Of a stretch of 64,000 nucleotides of DNA, positions 9,053-17,534 are shown one piece after another. The translations under genes were made by a program, and so were the position numbers. Numbering within the stretch: position 1 is the first letter of the stretch; every line of letters begins with the position of its first letter. Under the pieces are notes generated by a model that was given only the letters and a program-made list of their open reading frames with translations, was not told the origin of the DNA and searched no databases. This DNA comes from Candidatus Nealsonbacteria bacterium DGGOD1a (GTDB lineage Bacteria > Patescibacteriota > Minisyncoccia > Minisyncoccales > UBA5738), in assembly GCA_022530585.1 (NCBI GenBank), contig CP092821.1:134222-198221 (forward strand). Direction: 5' to 3'.

Positions 9053-9229
9053 TACTTTTACGGGGAATATTGCGCCAACTGTGGCGCGGAAGGGTACGAA
9101 TGTGGCGAGTTTTGGGATCCGTACGAAGGTATAACGCGGGATTGCGGCGATTGTTCTTCCGGTTGCACGGGAATGCCATGGTCATGCAAATGCACCGGGC
9201 ATGATTGTTCCGGTCCGGGATACAATTAA
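9053..9229 (+). other. In-frame Cys-rich continuation of paralog 3 beyond TGA 9050-9052 (truncated tail or read-through extension)
   Basis: Same frame translates YFYGEYCANCGAEGYECGEFWDPYEGITRDCGDCSSGCTGMPWSCKCTGHDCSGPGYN*; CGDCSSG also occurs in paralog 1. Confidence 0.5.
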
Positions 9230-9337
9230 TTGAAGAATAAACATTGTTATTATTTTAAAAGTCGCGCGGCAGTGCCATGGTGTTAGCCATTTTGAAAAAA
9301 TGGTTCGCTCATGGCGGTGGTCGGGCGGTTGGCGATA

Positions 9338-10087
9338 ATGGATCAAAAAAGGTATTTGTTGGCGGCGATTTGCGCGCTGGCGGTTTGCTTGGCGCTGTGT
9401 TTTGGTATTATGGCGTGGGATTCTCCCGGAGAAAATCCGCCGGACGGCAATGTTGCCGCGCCGATTAATTCCGGCGGCGACGCGCAATATAAAACCGGCG
9501 GTTTGGGCGTGAAGATCGGCGGCGCGATTACCTATTGGATTTCCCAGGCTGGCAATAATCTGGTGTTTAAGACCGGCAATGACTTTGCCACGGCCACCGA
9601 AACGGTGAACATCAATGCTGATGGCCGGATTGGTAATGTTTCTCCCGCAATTGACGATAACGATGTGGTCATCAAGGCTCAACTGGATGCTGCTGGCGGC
9701 GGCGGATCGGGCTATGGCACTTGCGACGGCGATCAGTTGTTCGTCAAATTCACCGCGGCAACATATACGGGAGATTTGGACGGCGTTGGCGGCGCGAATG
9801 CCAAATGCGCGGCGGAATACCCGGGTTACCATTTTTGCCAGAGCGACGAATGGAATGTTGCCGGACGCGCAGGATGTCTGCCGTTGGTTGGACAGTATGG
9901 CGCAATAAGAGGTTGGTGGAATGGTAATGTATCTTACCCGCCCAACGCTGATTGTGATGATTGGACCGATTCAACGATCACGAAACACTTATATGGGACT
10001 TATCTGAGTAGTTTAGAGGAGACTGGCAGTTGGGGAGCAAGCGTAACATTTTGTTCAGACCCATATTCTCTTGCATGTTGCAAATAG
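9338..10087 (+). CDS. Secreted protein, paralog 4 (same leader/APIN module, fibre-like spacer, different Cys-containing C-terminal domain)
   Basis: MDQKRYLLAAICALAVCLALCFGIMA|WDSPGENPPDGNVAAPIN..AQYKTGGL; DDNDVVIKAQLDAA; C-terminal TYTGDLDGVGGANAKC motif (DUF1554-like from memory, low confidence). Confidence 0.7.
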   Translation: MDQKRYLLAAICALAVCLALCFGIMAWDSPGENPPDGNVAAPINSGGDAQYKTGGLGVKIGGAITYWISQAGNNLVFKTGNDFATATETVNINADGRIGNVSPAIDDNDVVIKAQLDAAGGGGSGYGTCDGDQLFVKFTAATYTGDLDGVGGANAKCAAEYPGYHFCQSDEWNVAGRAGCLPLVGQYGAIRGWWNGNVSYPPNADCDDWTDSTITKHLYGTYLSSLEETGSWGASVTFCSDPYSLACCK

Positions 10088-10119
10088 TTTTGGCGGCAGT
10101 TGAATTGTTTGCAAAATTC

Positions 10120-10689
10120 ATGAAAAAAGTTTTAAAAATCGCGATTTTGATTTTGGTGTCGGCACTGGCGATAATCGCAACAATTGCTTTTTGGCCGCGC
10201 CGCGCCGCCAATCCCGAGTCGTTCGCGCCGCCTTGCGAAACCGAGCATGAGGTTTTTGTGATCCGCGGCGATTCGCTGGCGCCGGAATTCGCCGATGGCC
10301 AAGAGGTGAAGTTGTTGCCCCGGTATTATGATTGCCATTCGTTGTCGGCGGGCGACGCGGTGGCCTATCGCTGGGCGGGAAACAAAGACGCGCCGCTGGC
10401 CAAGATCGTGAAAGCCGTTGCCGGCGACCGCTGGCGAATGGAATTGATGCCGGAGCAAAATACCTACCAAATTGAGGTTAATGATCAATGGTTGAAAAAT
10501 TCCGAAGGCGCGCCTTACCAAATTCCCGGGAAAAAGGCAAAAATGCTCTTGCTCTATGCCAATTCCTATCCGCGAATTCCCGAAGGCGCTTGCCTGATCT
10601 TGGGCAATGTTTTGGAGGGCTCCGACGATTCGGTGAAATTCGGCCTGGCGGCGCAAGAAAACATTGTCGGGAAAATCAAGCCGTTCTAA
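10120..10689 (+). CDS. Signal peptidase I-like (S26/S24 fold) membrane protein
   Basis: N-terminal TM; Ser box VIRGDSLAPEF and Lys box AKIVKAVAGDRW match SPase I GDSMxP / KRVxGxPGD pattern. Confidence 0.6.
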   Translation: MKKVLKIAILILVSALAIIATIAFWPRRAANPESFAPPCETEHEVFVIRGDSLAPEFADGQEVKLLPRYYDCHSLSAGDAVAYRWAGNKDAPLAKIVKAVAGDRWRMELMPEQNTYQIEVNDQWLKNSEGAPYQIPGKKAKMLLLYANSYPRIPEGACLILGNVLEGSDDSVKFGLAAQENIVGKIKPF

Positions 10690-10722
10690 AATTTTAATCC
10701 GCGCCTTTAAAACAAAAAACAG

Positions 10723-10750
10723 AAAACATCGCGCTCGGCGCGGTGTTTTT
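10723..10750 (+). terminator. Intrinsic terminator after SPase-like gene
   Basis: AAAACATCGCGC-TCG-GCGCGGTGTTTTT hairpin plus T-run. Confidence 0.5.
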
Positions 10751-10808
10751 GATTGCGCGGGGAAAGTAAAGTAATTGATAAATCGCGAGCGGTTGGTATA
10801 ATCAAGTT

Positions 10809-11654
10809 ATGGAGGAAAATAAAAAACAAAATTATATTTCTTTGGCCGGCGCGGCGAAATTATGTTCATATTCGGAACCCTATTTGCGGTTGCGCGCGCG
10901 GCAGGGAAAATTAAAATCCATCAAACTGGGCAAAAAATGGATGACCACGGCCGCGTGGCTTGATGATTATCAGGCGCGCGCGCAGGAATGGCGCGAAGCG
11001 GCGGAAGCCAAAAGGGCGAACGCGCCGGCCGCGGTTTTCGTGGCCGCGCCTTCGGAGCTGTCGGCGAATGTTGATTGCTCCGTTGCCGGCTTATCCGCCG
11101 AAGCATTGGCGAATGAGGAAATCGAACCTGTTTCTTCCGGGCGATTTCTTGAAGACGCAAAATCTTTGGAGCATATTTCCGACGGGGGGCAATTTTTGCC
11201 TTCGCGGAATTTTGTCGATACAAGCCGTGATCAAGCCGGCAAACCGGCCGCGGTTTTTTGCGCGGATGCCGGATCGCTTTTGCCGCCGCCGATTCCCAAA
11301 AGGCTCCGGGCAATACCGACATCGGGCCAAATTTATCCGCTTCCAAAACCCGAGCAAACGCGAATTGCCGAAATTTCGGATTATGGCTGGTTGGGAGCGT
11401 TGATTTCCGGCGCGGCCAGCGCGTTGTTGCTTTTTGCGCTTTTGAGCCAGTCCGGCGTTCCGAATATTATAAATTCCAATTTTGAAGCGGGCCAAGCCAG
11501 CGTTAGCCGATCGGTTTTCCCGGATTTCGGACAGAATGCCCCGCCGCCAAAAAATTTTGAGAATGTTTTTCCCGCCGCGCCGGAAAACTTTTCCGCGGGC
11601 GATCCGCTTGACGAATTGGTGGAGGCTATCGTGCGTTTTTTCTCCGGTTTTTAA
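10809..11654 (+). CDS. HTH (excisionase/MerR-like) domain protein with C-terminal TM segment
   Basis: N-terminus YISLAGAAKLCSYSEPYLRLRARQGKLKSIKLGKKWMTTAAWLDDY; later hydrophobic GWLGALISGAASALLLFALL. Confidence 0.55.
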   Translation: MEENKKQNYISLAGAAKLCSYSEPYLRLRARQGKLKSIKLGKKWMTTAAWLDDYQARAQEWREAAEAKRANAPAAVFVAAPSELSANVDCSVAGLSAEALANEEIEPVSSGRFLEDAKSLEHISDGGQFLPSRNFVDTSRDQAGKPAAVFCADAGSLLPPPIPKRLRAIPTSGQIYPLPKPEQTRIAEISDYGWLGALISGAASALLLFALLSQSGVPNIINSNFEAGQASVSRSVFPDFGQNAPPPKNFENVFPAAPENFSAGDPLDELVEAIVRFFSGF

Positions 11655-11696
11655 TTTTTTTATACCCCGTCAGCTTGCCGCGGAGTTAATACTCCG

Positions 11697-12923
11697 ATGC
11701 AAGCCAGCAACCAAATGGCGCAATTTTCTTTTCAATCAAAATCAATCGACGGCAAAGAACAGAAAGGGGTTCGCGAGGCGGAAAGCGAAATTGAACTGGC
11801 GCACAGCCTCCGGCGGGAGGGTTTTATTTTAATCCGCGCGACGCCGGCGTCCGCCGCCCGCAAATTTCGCATCCCGACGCTTTCCTTTGGGGTAAGCCTC
11901 AAGGATAAAATGTTTTTTTGCAAAAATTTGCAAGTGATGGCTTCCGCCGGGCTTTCTTTGCCGCGCGCGGTTGGAATTTTGGCCGACCAGAGCGGCAATT
12001 CCGTTTTTCGCCGGACGCTTAATTCGGTCAAAGACGATATGATCCGCGGCGAAGCGTTTTCCGCGGCGATGGAAAAACATCCGAATGTTTTTTCGGATTT
12101 TTTGCGCAGTATGGTTAAAGTGGGCGAAGAGACCGGAACGCTGGAAAATGTTTTGGGAATCGCGGTTAACCAGATGGAAAAAGAATATTCGTTAAAATCA
12201 AAAGTAAAAGGCGCTTTGGTTTATCCAACTGTCATTCTGACCGCGATGGTTGGTATTGGTATGCTGATGCTGGCCACGGTCGTGCCCCAACTGGCGGCGA
12301 CTTTCGCGGAGTTGAAAACCGAGCTTCCCATAACGACCAAGTTCGTGATTGCCGCGGGAATGTTCATGGAAAAATACTGGTGGATCGTGGCGGCCGTTTT
12401 CGCGGCGCTGGTCGCGGTTGCCGCGCGGCTGATAAAAACAAAACCGGGCAAGAAATTGTATGACGGCGTCGCGCTAAAATTTCCGGCGATAAATGTTATC
12501 GTGCGCAATGTCAATTCGGCGTATACTTTGCGCAATTTGAGCGCGCTGATCGGCGCGGGGGTTTCTTTGCCGCGCGCTTTGGAAATCACTTCGGGCACGG
12601 TGGGCAATGTCAATTACCAAAACGCGCTTTTGGGCATTGAAGAACGAGTCAAAAAGGGCGAAAAATTTTCCGCGGCCATCAAAATGTTTGACAATCTTTA
12701 TCCGGCGACCGCGATCCAAATGATCGCCGTGGGCGAGGAGACCGGCGAAACCAGCAACATTTTGTTGAAGTTGGCGGAATTTTACGAAAATGAAGTTGAC
12801 GAAGAAACAAAAAATTTCGCTTCGATCATCGAACCGATGCTGATGATCGTGATCGGCGCGGTGGTGGGATTTTTCGCGATATCAATGGTCCAACCGATGT
12901 ACTCGATGATGGACTCGGTTTAA
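11697..12923 (+). CDS. pilC: Type IV pilus/T2SS platform protein PilC/GspF
   Basis: 408 aa; two GspF repeats, three TM regions; typical C-terminal EPMLMIVIGAVVG..MVQPMYSMM. Confidence 0.85.
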   Translation: MQASNQMAQFSFQSKSIDGKEQKGVREAESEIELAHSLRREGFILIRATPASAARKFRIPTLSFGVSLKDKMFFCKNLQVMASAGLSLPRAVGILADQSGNSVFRRTLNSVKDDMIRGEAFSAAMEKHPNVFSDFLRSMVKVGEETGTLENVLGIAVNQMEKEYSLKSKVKGALVYPTVILTAMVGIGMLMLATVVPQLAATFAELKTELPITTKFVIAAGMFMEKYWWIVAAVFAALVAVAARLIKTKPGKKLYDGVALKFPAINVIVRNVNSAYTLRNLSALIGAGVSLPRALEITSGTVGNVNYQNALLGIEERVKKGEKFSAAIKMFDNLYPATAIQMIAVGEETGETSNILLKLAEFYENEVDEETKNFASIIEPMLMIVIGAVVGFFAISMVQPMYSMMDSV

Positions 12924-12941
12924 ATAGATTTAAATTAACAA

Positions 12942-14738
12942 ATGATTGGCCGAAATTCATTATTATTGGATAAAGCAAAACATTTAAGAGCAGGCAAGAA
13001 TGGCTTTACTTTGATTGAGGCTCTGGTGGGAGTCGCGCTTTTGGGAATTGTTTTTTCCGGGATTTTCGCGTCTTACCGTTTGGGGATGAAGGTGGTTGGG
13101 TTGAGCAAAAATCGGATTGCCGCAACTTCGATCGCTAATGCCCGGATCGAAATGATCCGCAATCTTAATTATGGTTCCGTGGGCGTAGAAAACGCGGAAT
13201 TGCCGTTTGCGGCGGGAATATTGCAACAAGCTTATTCGCAGACAATCGACAATGTCGAATTTATGATTTCAACGCAAGTGCGTTTTATATCTGACGCCGC
13301 CGACGGAACGGGCGTTTCCGATCCATGCAACCTTGATTTTAAAAAAGCCGATGTAACGGTTTCGTGGCAAGGCGTTTATCCGGGCAGCGTTAATTTATCG
13401 ACCAATCTCTCTCCGAAAAACAAGGCGCAGGAAGCGCAATCGTGCCTTGATCAGCCCGGCGGCGTTCTGACGGTAACGGTTTTTGACGAGGGCGGAATTT
13501 TGGTGCCGTCGCCCAACATCTCGGTTTACAATCCGGTAACCAATAATTTGGTTGCCATCGCGGCGCCGGCTTCCGGGGAATATTCTTTTCCTTTGGCGAT
13601 AGGCAATTACCGGGTGGAAACTTCAAAGACCGCTTACAGCGCCGCCCGGACATACAGCGCCGGCGGCGATGACGGAGTCGCGGTTCCCGACAGTCCCAAT
13701 CCGACGGTTTTGGAAGGCGGTGAAGTGCCGTTGAGCCTTTCGATTGACCAAGTCGCGGCGATCTCTGTTGACGGCATTGCTCCCGACGGTCAAGATAATT
13801 TCGCGGACAGTTTTGACGATGCGGCATTAATATCGGCGTCGGATAACATCCAATTTTTGTCCGGAGATATTTTGTTTTCCGGCCCGCCATATTCGGCGAA
13901 CGGATACGCGATTTCCAACGCGATCAATCCGGTCGATTTAACGGTTTGGGATGAATTAAGGTTTGACGATGATCGTCCGGCCGGGACAGGAATTCTCTAT
14001 CAAGTTTTACATTACGACGGTTCCGATTGGGTTTTGGTTCCCGATTCGGATTTGAGCGGAAACAGCGCCGGGTTCGGCAATTCTCCGGTAAATCTGGCAG
14101 GGTTGGATAAGGGTAATTATCCGCAAATTAAAATTAAAAGCAATCTAACGAGCGGCGATCCTGACTTCACTCCGCGGATGCATAATTGGCAGGTTGTTTG
14201 GACGACGGCATCCGGCCCGGCGGTTCCGGGCGCGTTATTCCATATGAGAGGGGCAAAAACTATTGGAGAAGACGCCTTGGGGCAAAAGATTTACAAGTAT
14301 TCGCAGGATCATGTTCTGGATGCCGCCGGCCATTTGGACATCTTTGGTATTGACGCCGATGATTATACTTTTTCGGTTGACCCGGTATCCGGGTTGAGTT
14401 TGATCGCGACCGATCCGGCGGTATTGCCGATTGGCGCTCCGGCCGGCGGCGCGGTTGCGGTGAAATTATTTTTGCGGCCGCAAAACGCGCTTTTGGCAAC
14501 GGTTCAGAACAGCGCGACTCTCGATCCGATATTTTCCGCGGAAGTAAGGTTGTCGAATTCCGGAATCGGATACGATAAAATCCAATATACCGATCAAAAC
14601 GGCCAAACATATTTCGCTCCGCTGGCCAATGGAGTTTATAATATTTCCGTTGGCGCGGCCGGTTACGCCGGAGCTTCAAGCACGGTTTCGGTGGCGGGGC
14701 TAAGCGATTTAACGGTTGATGTCAATCAGAATGAATAA
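12942..14738 (+). CDS. Large prepilin-type N-terminal domain protein (minor pilin/pseudopilin with CarboxypepD_reg-like beta-sandwiches)
   Basis: Class III signal KNG|FTLIEALVGVALLGIVF after 21-aa leader; two ...GNYRV/GVYNISV beta-sandwich modules. Confidence 0.75.
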   Translation: MIGRNSLLLDKAKHLRAGKNGFTLIEALVGVALLGIVFSGIFASYRLGMKVVGLSKNRIAATSIANARIEMIRNLNYGSVGVENAELPFAAGILQQAYSQTIDNVEFMISTQVRFISDAADGTGVSDPCNLDFKKADVTVSWQGVYPGSVNLSTNLSPKNKAQEAQSCLDQPGGVLTVTVFDEGGILVPSPNISVYNPVTNNLVAIAAPASGEYSFPLAIGNYRVETSKTAYSAARTYSAGGDDGVAVPDSPNPTVLEGGEVPLSLSIDQVAAISVDGIAPDGQDNFADSFDDAALISASDNIQFLSGDILFSGPPYSANGYAISNAINPVDLTVWDELRFDDDRPAGTGILYQVLHYDGSDWVLVPDSDLSGNSAGFGNSPVNLAGLDKGNYPQIKIKSNLTSGDPDFTPRMHNWQVVWTTASGPAVPGALFHMRGAKTIGEDALGQKIYKYSQDHVLDAAGHLDIFGIDADDYTFSVDPVSGLSLIATDPAVLPIGAPAGGAVAVKLFLRPQNALLATVQNSATLDPIFSAEVRLSNSGIGYDKIQYTDQNGQTYFAPLANGVYNISVGAAGYAGASSTVSVAGLSDLTVDVNQNE

Positions 14739-15846
14739 CACAAAAACGAGCGGCATAATTTCCAATTTCTTTCGCCGGGCGAGATCCTGCGCCGCGGGAC
14801 GATTTTTGCGCCAAAGGCGCATCCGTTTCCGGCGGGCAATTTCCAACGGAAGAGGCGGTTTCACGATTATTGAAATGCTCGCGGCAATCGCGGTTTTCGG
14901 GTTGCTGATGGCCGCGATCGGGACGGCGATTATAATGATTTACCGAACGCAGGGATATGCCATGGAACAATCAATGGCAATCAGCGAAGCCCGCCGCGGC
15001 GTGGACATAATGGCCAAAGAAGTGAGGCAGGCTCGTTACGGAGAAAACGGCGCTTATCCGATTGAAAAAGGCGCGGGCAAGGAATTCATTTTTTACAGCG
15101 ATGTTGACAATGACGGTCAAACCGAGCGAGTGCGCTATTATTTGGCGACCGTGAATTCCGGTTCTCAAACCAAAGAATGCCATTCTCATTCGCAATCCGG
15201 TTGGCCTTATTGGCAGTCCCCTGCGTGCAGTGTTGATTTCAGCGGTTTTCTGGCCGGGACTTTGAAATCGGCGCAAGTGAGAGTGTCCACCGAGGGATAT
15301 TATGGTACGCCGAGCCGTTATGCCGCGCTTCGCGCCGATGGCGTGGAATTGATGAACAATATGTGCCAGAGCGGTTGTTCCGAATGCATCGAGGCTTGGC
15401 AGGGAACGCAGACTTTTGATGTGACCGCGGCGGCCGCGGATAATTCAATTCAATTCAATATAACCGGCAACGATAAATTGAAAGCGGTTTGCGATTGGAT
15501 CGATCCCGATCACTCAATCAAGGCGAAATTCGAATTTTTCTTCACCGAAGAAATTCCGAGCGTCGGCAATGAATTGCGCCGGGGAGTAATCGAGCCTTCG
15601 GGCAGTCCGTCATCGTATCCGGCCAATCAAGAGCAATCAACCATTATAACTTCGTATGTTCGCAATACGCCGCCGATATTCACTTATTACGATAAAAACG
15701 GCGCGCAGATTATCGACGATCCGTCGATCCTTCATGACACCAAAATGGTGCGGCTTCATATGGTGGTTAACATCAATCCCAATCGCGCGCCGGATGACTA
15801 CGAATTGGAGCAATATGTGCAAATAAGAAACCTTAAAGAAGAATGA
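14731..15846 (+). CDS. Prepilin-type N-terminal domain protein (pseudopilin) with long Arg-rich leader
   Basis: GRGG|FTIIEMLAAIAVFGLLMAAIG; ATG 14731 overlaps upstream stop; alternative starts 14716/14719. Confidence 0.7.
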   Translation: MNNTKTSGIISNFFRRARSCAAGRFLRQRRIRFRRAISNGRGGFTIIEMLAAIAVFGLLMAAIGTAIIMIYRTQGYAMEQSMAISEARRGVDIMAKEVRQARYGENGAYPIEKGAGKEFIFYSDVDNDGQTERVRYYLATVNSGSQTKECHSHSQSGWPYWQSPACSVDFSGFLAGTLKSAQVRVSTEGYYGTPSRYAALRADGVELMNNMCQSGCSECIEAWQGTQTFDVTAAAADNSIQFNITGNDKLKAVCDWIDPDHSIKAKFEFFFTEEIPSVGNELRRGVIEPSGSPSSYPANQEQSTIITSYVRNTPPIFTYYDKNGAQIIDDPSILHDTKMVRLHMVVNINPNRAPDDYELEQYVQIRNLKEE

Positions 15847-17402
15847 GAAAAATTAAAAATATAAATATCAAAATGGAAAATGATAATTTTGGCCGGAAAG
15901 GAATTATCATTACTTATGTGCTGGTTTTCGGCGCGGTGTTTTTGCTGATGCTGGCCGGGCTTTTCGGATACATATTGTTGCAACTGCGCCAGTCTTTGCA
16001 GCGCGTCGCGTCAAGCGAAGCGCTGAATATCGCCGAGGCGGGAATAGATTATTACCGCTGGTGCGCCAATAATGAAGTGCAGGACGGCTGTATCGGAGAA
16101 AAAGATTATTATGACGGCAACGGCGTTTTGGCCGGGAAGTTTTTGATTGTCGCCAGTTCGACTTTGTCGTGCGGCAAAACAACCCAGCTGCAGATCACAT
16201 CCAGCGGTTGGACCGAGCAATTCCCCGGCGTTAAAAGGAGTGTGCGGATAATTTATGGCCGCGAATCAGTGGCCAAATATTCTTATATTTTGAACAGCAG
16301 CGTGTGGATCGGCGGCGATCACGAAATAAACGGGCCCTATCATTCCAACGGCGGGATAAGGATGGACGGGCAGAACAAGTCGCTGATGACCAGCGCGGCT
16401 TTGCTTGTTCTCAACGGTACCACTACCGCGGAATGGATTTGCGATGGAACTTATGGCTGCGGTTCAACCGCTTGCTCGGCTTGGAATACCGATGATTGTT
16501 GCCCGGTTTCGCGCGGCTGTCGGATATCAAGCGGCAAATGCATTTGTCCGGGGATTTTTACCACGACCGCGAATTCAACGCCAAGCTTGTTTAAATTTCC
16601 GGTACCGCCGTTTCCTTTTGACGCGATCACGATGGATTTGGGCGACATTAAAAAAGCGGCTAAAACCGGCGGCGGAATTTATTTCTCGCCTTCGGTCAAA
16701 GAAGTTCCCGGGAGCAAGGGATATCATTTGGTGTTTTTGAGCAACGGCACGGTGCGGGTGTCCACGGTGAGGTCGCTTCATCCGGTTGACGGGTACAATA
16801 ACGAAGAAGGCTGGCACCAGGATCGTTTTATTATCAGCAATGAAGATATTTACACCAAGGATTACGCCGACGGTGTTTACCCGATTCCCGCCGATTGTTC
16901 CGTGGTCTATGTGGAAGATAATTTGTGGGTTGAAGGAACGGTTAGGGGAAAAGTGGTGGTGGCCTCCGCCCATCTTAAAGATACCGGCGACACGGACCCC
17001 GATATCGACACGGATGTTATTTTCCCGGGTAATATAACTTATTCGAGTTATGGGGGTTCCGACGGGATGGCCGTGATCGCCGAAAATAACGCGCTGATAA
17101 GTCCAGCATCTCCCGAGAATATGGATTTGCACGCGATCATCGTGGCGCAAAAGGGAAGGTTTGGAAGAAACCATTATACCAACCGGGATTACCGCGACCG
17201 CGGCACTTTGAGCATTTACGGATCGGTTATCAGCAAGGGCCGAGTTGGAACGCAATGGGTGGATTCCGACAGCGGCCAGATGCTTTCCGGTTATTCCCGG
17301 CGCTACACTTATTTTGACCAGAACCAAGTTTATAATCCGCCGCCGTTCGTGGCAAGCATGAGTTCGGATTACAAGATTGTAAGCTGGCGGGAAATCGACT
17401 AA
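15843..17402 (+). CDS. PilX-like pilus-associated protein (N-terminal hydrophobic helix, no E5)
   Basis: ATGA overlap with previous gene; GRKGIIITYVLVFGAVFLLMLAGL; alternative start ATG 15873 (MENDNF) inside a conserved 17-nt box. Confidence 0.5.
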   Translation: MRKIKNINIKMENDNFGRKGIIITYVLVFGAVFLLMLAGLFGYILLQLRQSLQRVASSEALNIAEAGIDYYRWCANNEVQDGCIGEKDYYDGNGVLAGKFLIVASSTLSCGKTTQLQITSSGWTEQFPGVKRSVRIIYGRESVAKYSYILNSSVWIGGDHEINGPYHSNGGIRMDGQNKSLMTSAALLVLNGTTTAEWICDGTYGCGSTACSAWNTDDCCPVSRGCRISSGKCICPGIFTTTANSTPSLFKFPVPPFPFDAITMDLGDIKKAAKTGGGIYFSPSVKEVPGSKGYHLVFLSNGTVRVSTVRSLHPVDGYNNEEGWHQDRFIISNEDIYTKDYADGVYPIPADCSVVYVEDNLWVEGTVRGKVVVASAHLKDTGDTDPDIDTDVIFPGNITYSSYGGSDGMAVIAENNALISPASPENMDLHAIIVAQKGRFGRNHYTNRDYRDRGTLSIYGSVISKGRVGTQWVDSDSGQMLSGYSRRYTYFDQNQVYNPPPFVASMSSDYKIVSWREID

Positions 17403-17534
17403 AATAAATGTAAAATTGAGAAATCAAAATGGAAAATGACAATGCAAAATTAAAGGTGTTGAGATTCCGACATTTTAACATTTTCAATTGTCATTTTAAT
17501 CTTTGATATTTACATTTTCAATTTTGGTTATGAT

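Noticed and set aside
9338-10087. A diversity-generating retroelement targeting the variable heads of the four-paralog family.
   Set aside because: No reverse-transcriptase ORF and no template/variable repeat pair with A-specific mismatches could be found anywhere in the window.
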